Below are positions 60,179 through 64,000 of a DNA stretch of 64,000 nucleotides, in pieces. The notes beneath the pieces were generated by a model. It worked only from the letters and a program-made list of their open reading frames with translations, had not been told where the DNA came from and did not search any database. The stretch spans positions 584,194-648,193 of the forward strand of contig BCKZ01000009.1 of the NCBI GenBank assembly GCA_001600815.1, read 5' to 3'. Position 1 is the stretch's first letter. The number at the start of each line of letters is the position of its first letter. Source of the stretch: Alloascoidea hylecoeti. Taxonomy: Eukaryota. A program made the translations under genes and the position numbers.

Positions 60179-63100
60179 TTATTTTGCCAATAAATCTTTT
60201 GAATTACTAGAATGTAATGATTTTTCATACCTTGAAGCAGCCGTTCCAGTACTTGTACCAATCATAGCGCCAGTAGCAGATCCATTAAGATATCTACTTG
60301 AAATATAATCATCTTGTTCATCGTCATCAGTCTTTGGAGTTGAAACATAATTTAACATATTTGCTTTTGGACAAACTTCCATCATAATTTTATGTAATTG
60401 ACTACGACGTATTGGTTTTGATAAAAAACCAATCATACCTGCTTCTTTACATTCTTTAACATTACTTTCATCAGCAAAAGCAGTTAAAGCAACAATTGGA
60501 AAATTACAATTTAATTCATTTCGAATTTTTTGTGTTGCAGTTATACCATCCATTTTTGGCATTTGAACATCCATAAATATTAAATCAAAATGATTATTTG
60601 TTTCAATTGCTTTTTTAATTTGTAAAATTGCTTCTGATCCATCACATGCTAAAGTAACATCAGTTATACCTTCTAATCTTAACATTCTTTTAATTACTTC
60701 TTGATTAACATTATTATCTTCTGCTACCAAAATTCTTATTAATTGTGGTGATGATAATCTACTACCATTTGAATTTAAATATGAAGTTGAATTTGAATTT
60801 GAGTTTGAATTTGAATTTGAATTTATTTCAATATCATTTATAATATTATCATCAACATTTGAATTTGATATTATTTCAGATTGTTGTCTTCTATGTCGTA
60901 CTAAAGCAATATCAAAGCCTGATAAGTTTTCACTTGTTGTTGAGTCAGGAATTACCAATTCTTTAATATTATGTTTTGCAGTACTTAAAGAAGCTTGTCT
61001 TATTATTGAAGCAGGATCATTATAAATAATATTTTCATCATTCATATCATTTTCATCATCAATTTCAATTTTTATTTCACTTTCATTATCATTATCATTT
61101 CCATTTTTAGGTGAAAAAGAAGGAATATTATTATCAAAATCATCATCAACTAAAATAATTTCTCTTGTTTGTTTTAAAGGAATTCTTAAAGTAAATTTTG
61201 AACCAACACCAACAGTTGATATCAATTTAACATCACCTTTCATCATTTTAGCAAATTGTTTACATATTGATAAACCAAGACCTGTACCACCATGGGATCT
61301 AGATAATGTTTGATCACCTTGTACAAAAGGTTCAAATACTTTTTCTTGTAAATCAGATGATATACCAGATCCAGTATCTTCAACTTCAAATTCCATAACC
61401 CAAATTTTTTCTTCATTTAATGGTTTTGCAATTGATTTTTGATGTGGATGTTTTTTATTAATTAATTTTTTTTGATTATTATTTTCATTGTTATTATTTT
61501 CATTGTTTTCATTATTTGAATTTGAATTAAATTCTAATTCATTTGGAGTTAATTCATTTTGATTTTCTTCATCAAATAATCGATCATCATAACTTAAGGT
61601 TGAAAAAGTTCTTATACTTTTAAAATCATCTTCCTTTAAATCAACAATTTGAAATTTATGATCAATTGCAGTTGTATCATTACTTGAATCACCATTACTA
61701 TGACTAGTTGAACTATCACTTGATAAGCTTTGATTTCGAGTTTGATTTGAATGATATTTTTTAACAATACATTGGGTAAAATCAGTTGCTTCAGAAGCTT
61801 CTTTATCATATTCACCAATTAATTTCATTTTAACATTAACATCACCATTTTCAGGAGTAAATTTTAAAGAATTTGAAACTAAATTCATAACAACTTGTAT
61901 AATTCTATTTGAATCACCAAATAAAATCATTGATTGAATATGTTCAGGCATTAATTTAATTGATAAAGAAATTTTTCTATCATTTGCAACTTTACTAAAA
62001 ATACTTTTAATTTGCATTGCAATTTCATATAAAACGAATTCACGTTCTTTAATTTTAACTCTATTAACTTGATTTTTACTAAAAGTTAATAATTCAGTTA
62101 AAATATGTAATAATAATTCACCACTTCTAAAAATTAATTTTAATGATTGTCTTATTTTTGTTTGATCTCTTTCAGCCATTGCAATTGCAGTCATTCCTAA
62201 TATACCATTTAATGGAGTTCTTAATTCATGACTTATATTTGCAATGAATACAGTTTTTGCTTCATTTGCAGATTCAGCTTGAACTTTAGCTAATTCTAAT
62301 TCTCTTGTTCGTTCTTTTACTCGATCTTCTAAATGAGTATATTGTTTATATAATTCATCAGTCATTAAATTATAAGTATCAGTTAAATCAGATAATTCAT
62401 CACGAAAAAAGACATTTGATTGTGGGATTCTTTCAGGTATTTTGAAATCTTCAGCAGTATCAGAAAAAGTGCTATATCTTTTATTTTGATTAAATGAATC
62501 AGAATTTTGAATTTTTGATTTCCTTCGACGAAATAAATTATGAAAGAAATGATTTGATGAATGATTTGGTAAACGACTTTCGGGATCAATACCAGTTACA
62601 ATTATTTTTTCAATTTCATTTGAAAGATTATCATTATCATTTACATTGTCATGTAAAGAATTATCATTATCATTTGAAGGATCAGGAACATTTTTTGAAT
62701 TTGCACTTAATTTTCGATGTAAAGTAGTTTGTTCAGTAGCTTCTCTTAATTTTGAAATTGGTCTTACAGCAAAATGAGCAATTGGGAAAGTTATTAAACA
62801 CATAAAACCAGCAACACCTAAAACACAACCAATTATTAAATTTCTTAAACTTACAGAAGGTTGATTAAATTGTTTCATTTTTTGTTCAACTAATATACCC
62901 CATGCAGATATTCCAACTTCAGATTGGGAATAACCAGTCGCTACTTTTGTATTGAAAGGATTAACAACGTTTTTAATTGTATTGGGGGAAGATTTTGAAA
63001 GTAATGATTGATAAGCGGGAGCATAGGTACTTGCGGCATAAGAAGTATCATCAGAGCCAAATACATAATCAAAATCCCAATCTTCTTGTTCTTCTCTGGA

Positions 63101-63931
63101 ACTTTCTTTGGAAGAATTAACAGTAGAGTTGGAGTCATTATAAGAGGAGGAGGACGTAGAAGAATAGGCATTTCCAAAAGTTGAATTTTTAACAGCATAT
63201 AAAAAGATTTGATTATTTGTGTCACTGACAGAAGTTGCATTCATTACCGAGTACAAAGTGGAGGCACTCATTGATACGGTGATGAAACCACCGGGAGTTG
63301 GCTTCCCCACGGCATTCGATACGTTTAAAGTGATGGGAGCAGTGACTGACATTATATATGAACGATAGTCGGGAGAACCAGACAGATATGGGTCCAAATC
63401 GTTTGTTGAGTTGAGACACGGGCCGGAGACCAAATAACTTGTTTGAAGAGCACTCCAGGTTGTGTTAGGGTTCTTGCCGACGGGAAACAGTTGGGTTTGG
63501 ATGGAGGATGAAGAATATCCACCAGTCAGGTTGTTGCTCAGTTGGATGACATTTTTCAGGGAACGGGAATAAACCCGAACTTCGAGGTAGGTGATGGAGG
63601 AGGATAAGTACTGCTGGATGGAACTTTTGGCGGACGAAAACACATCGCTGGAACGGTCGCCGGCGTAGTAGCGAGCGAGGGCCTGTTGGAGAACGTCCTT
63701 CCCGGCCAGCCAGCGGACCTGGTAGAACAGCGACTGGAGAGCCTGTTCCATCTGGGAGGCCTTGAGCTGGGCGATGACTTCCAGCCGTTCAGCTCTCAGG
63801 GCCAGCACGTTGTTGGAGTTGTATACGCCCGTGACGATGGCGAGGATCATCAGCGACAACAGCACCGTGGTACAGACCAAACCGATCAGCTGCTGCCGGA
63901 TTCCCAGCCGGATTCCCAACGGTATCCTCAT
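60179..63931 (-). CDS. SLN1: Osmosensing hybrid histidine kinase
   Basis: Two TM segments; H-box FIANISHELRTPLNG; N-box NLVSNSLKFT; G boxes DTGSG and GTGLGL; receiver domain ILVAEDN...FMDVQMP...FLSKP. Confidence 0.93.
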   Translation of the reverse strand: MRIPLGIRLGIRQQLIGLVCTTVLLSLMILAIVTGVYNSNNVLALRAERLEVIAQLKASQMEQALQSLFYQVRWLAGKDVLQQALARYYAGDRSSDVFSSAKSSIQQYLSSSITYLEVRVYSRSLKNVIQLSNNLTGGYSSSSIQTQLFPVGKNPNTTWSALQTSYLVSGPCLNSTNDLDPYLSGSPDYRSYIMSVTAPITLNVSNAVGKPTPGGFITVSMSASTLYSVMNATSVSDTNNQIFLYAVKNSTFGNAYSSTSSSSYNDSNSTVNSSKESSREEQEDWDFDYVFGSDDTSYAASTYAPAYQSLLSKSSPNTIKNVVNPFNTKVATGYSQSEVGISAWGILVEQKMKQFNQPSVSLRNLIIGCVLGVAGFMCLITFPIAHFAVRPISKLREATEQTTLHRKLSANSKNVPDPSNDNDNSLHDNVNDNDNLSNEIEKIIVTGIDPESRLPNHSSNHFFHNLFRRRKSKIQNSDSFNQNKRYSTFSDTAEDFKIPERIPQSNVFFRDELSDLTDTYNLMTDELYKQYTHLEDRVKERTRELELAKVQAESANEAKTVFIANISHELRTPLNGILGMTAIAMAERDQTKIRQSLKLIFRSGELLLHILTELLTFSKNQVNRVKIKEREFVLYEIAMQIKSIFSKVANDRKISLSIKLMPEHIQSMILFGDSNRIIQVVMNLVSNSLKFTPENGDVNVKMKLIGEYDKEASEATDFTQCIVKKYHSNQTRNQSLSSDSSTSHSNGDSSNDTTAIDHKFQIVDLKEDDFKSIRTFSTLSYDDRLFDEENQNELTPNELEFNSNSNNENNENNNNENNNQKKLINKKHPHQKSIAKPLNEEKIWVMEFEVEDTGSGISSDLQEKVFEPFVQGDQTLSRSHGGTGLGLSICKQFAKMMKGDVKLISTVGVGSKFTLRIPLKQTREIILVDDDFDNNIPSFSPKNGNDNDNESEIKIEIDDENDMNDENIIYNDPASIIRQASLSTAKHNIKELVIPDSTTSENLSGFDIALVRHRRQQSEIISNSNVDDNIINDIEINSNSNSNSNSNSTSYLNSNGSRLSSPQLIRILVAEDNNVNQEVIKRMLRLEGITDVTLACDGSEAILQIKKAIETNNHFDLIFMDVQMPKMDGITATQKIRNELNCNFPIVALTAFADESNVKECKEAGMIGFLSKPIRRSQLHKIMMEVCPKANMLNYVSTPKTDDDEQDDYISSRYLNGSATGAMIGTSTGTAASRYEKSLHSSNSKDLLAK

Positions 63932-64000
63932 TTGTGTCGTGTATATGGTGTGTGTGTGGAAGTTTCGGTGTGAAAATATTCTGGAATTATTACGTAAAGG

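Noticed and set aside
1..64000. tRNA/rRNA genes and the many short antisense ORFs in the track
   Set aside because: No A/B-box cloverleaf or rRNA similarity seen by eye; the short ORFs overlap real genes or lack any family signal.

Overview
AT-rich nuclear DNA from a budding yeast (Saccharomycotina) that uses the standard genetic code (CTG falls at conserved Leu sites) and is unusually intron-rich. I reconstruct 23 protein genes: DED81 (partial), RAV1, PET191, a PLP decarboxylase, PIN4-like, DOT6-like, MEP2, a GST, RPS5, a YJR124C-like MFS, LEU3, GCD11, SST2, ORC4, YPR172W-like, VPS4, an Acm1-like gene, MCD1, PAC11, SRO9/SLF1-like, MET13, NTF2 and SLN1. Nine of them carry a total of 22 short introns, and PET191 and NTF2 are essentially missed by the ORF track. 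Main points of interest: (1) the RPS5 promoter carries Rap1-, Tbf1-, Cbf1-, Homol-D- and Fhl1-like motifs within about 95 bp; (2) a GC island between SRO9 and MET13 is bracketed by a perfect 15-bp inverted repeat containing Reb1 sites; (3) GC falls sharply from 5' to 3' inside MET13 and SLN1; (4) a decayed 1.07-kb Tc1/mariner (pogo/Fot1-like) element with TIRs and TA flanks; (5) a divergent Acm1-like/MCD1 pair with MCB sites; (6) two unidentified decayed coding relics. Family assignments come from my recollection of homologous sequences, not from database searches.
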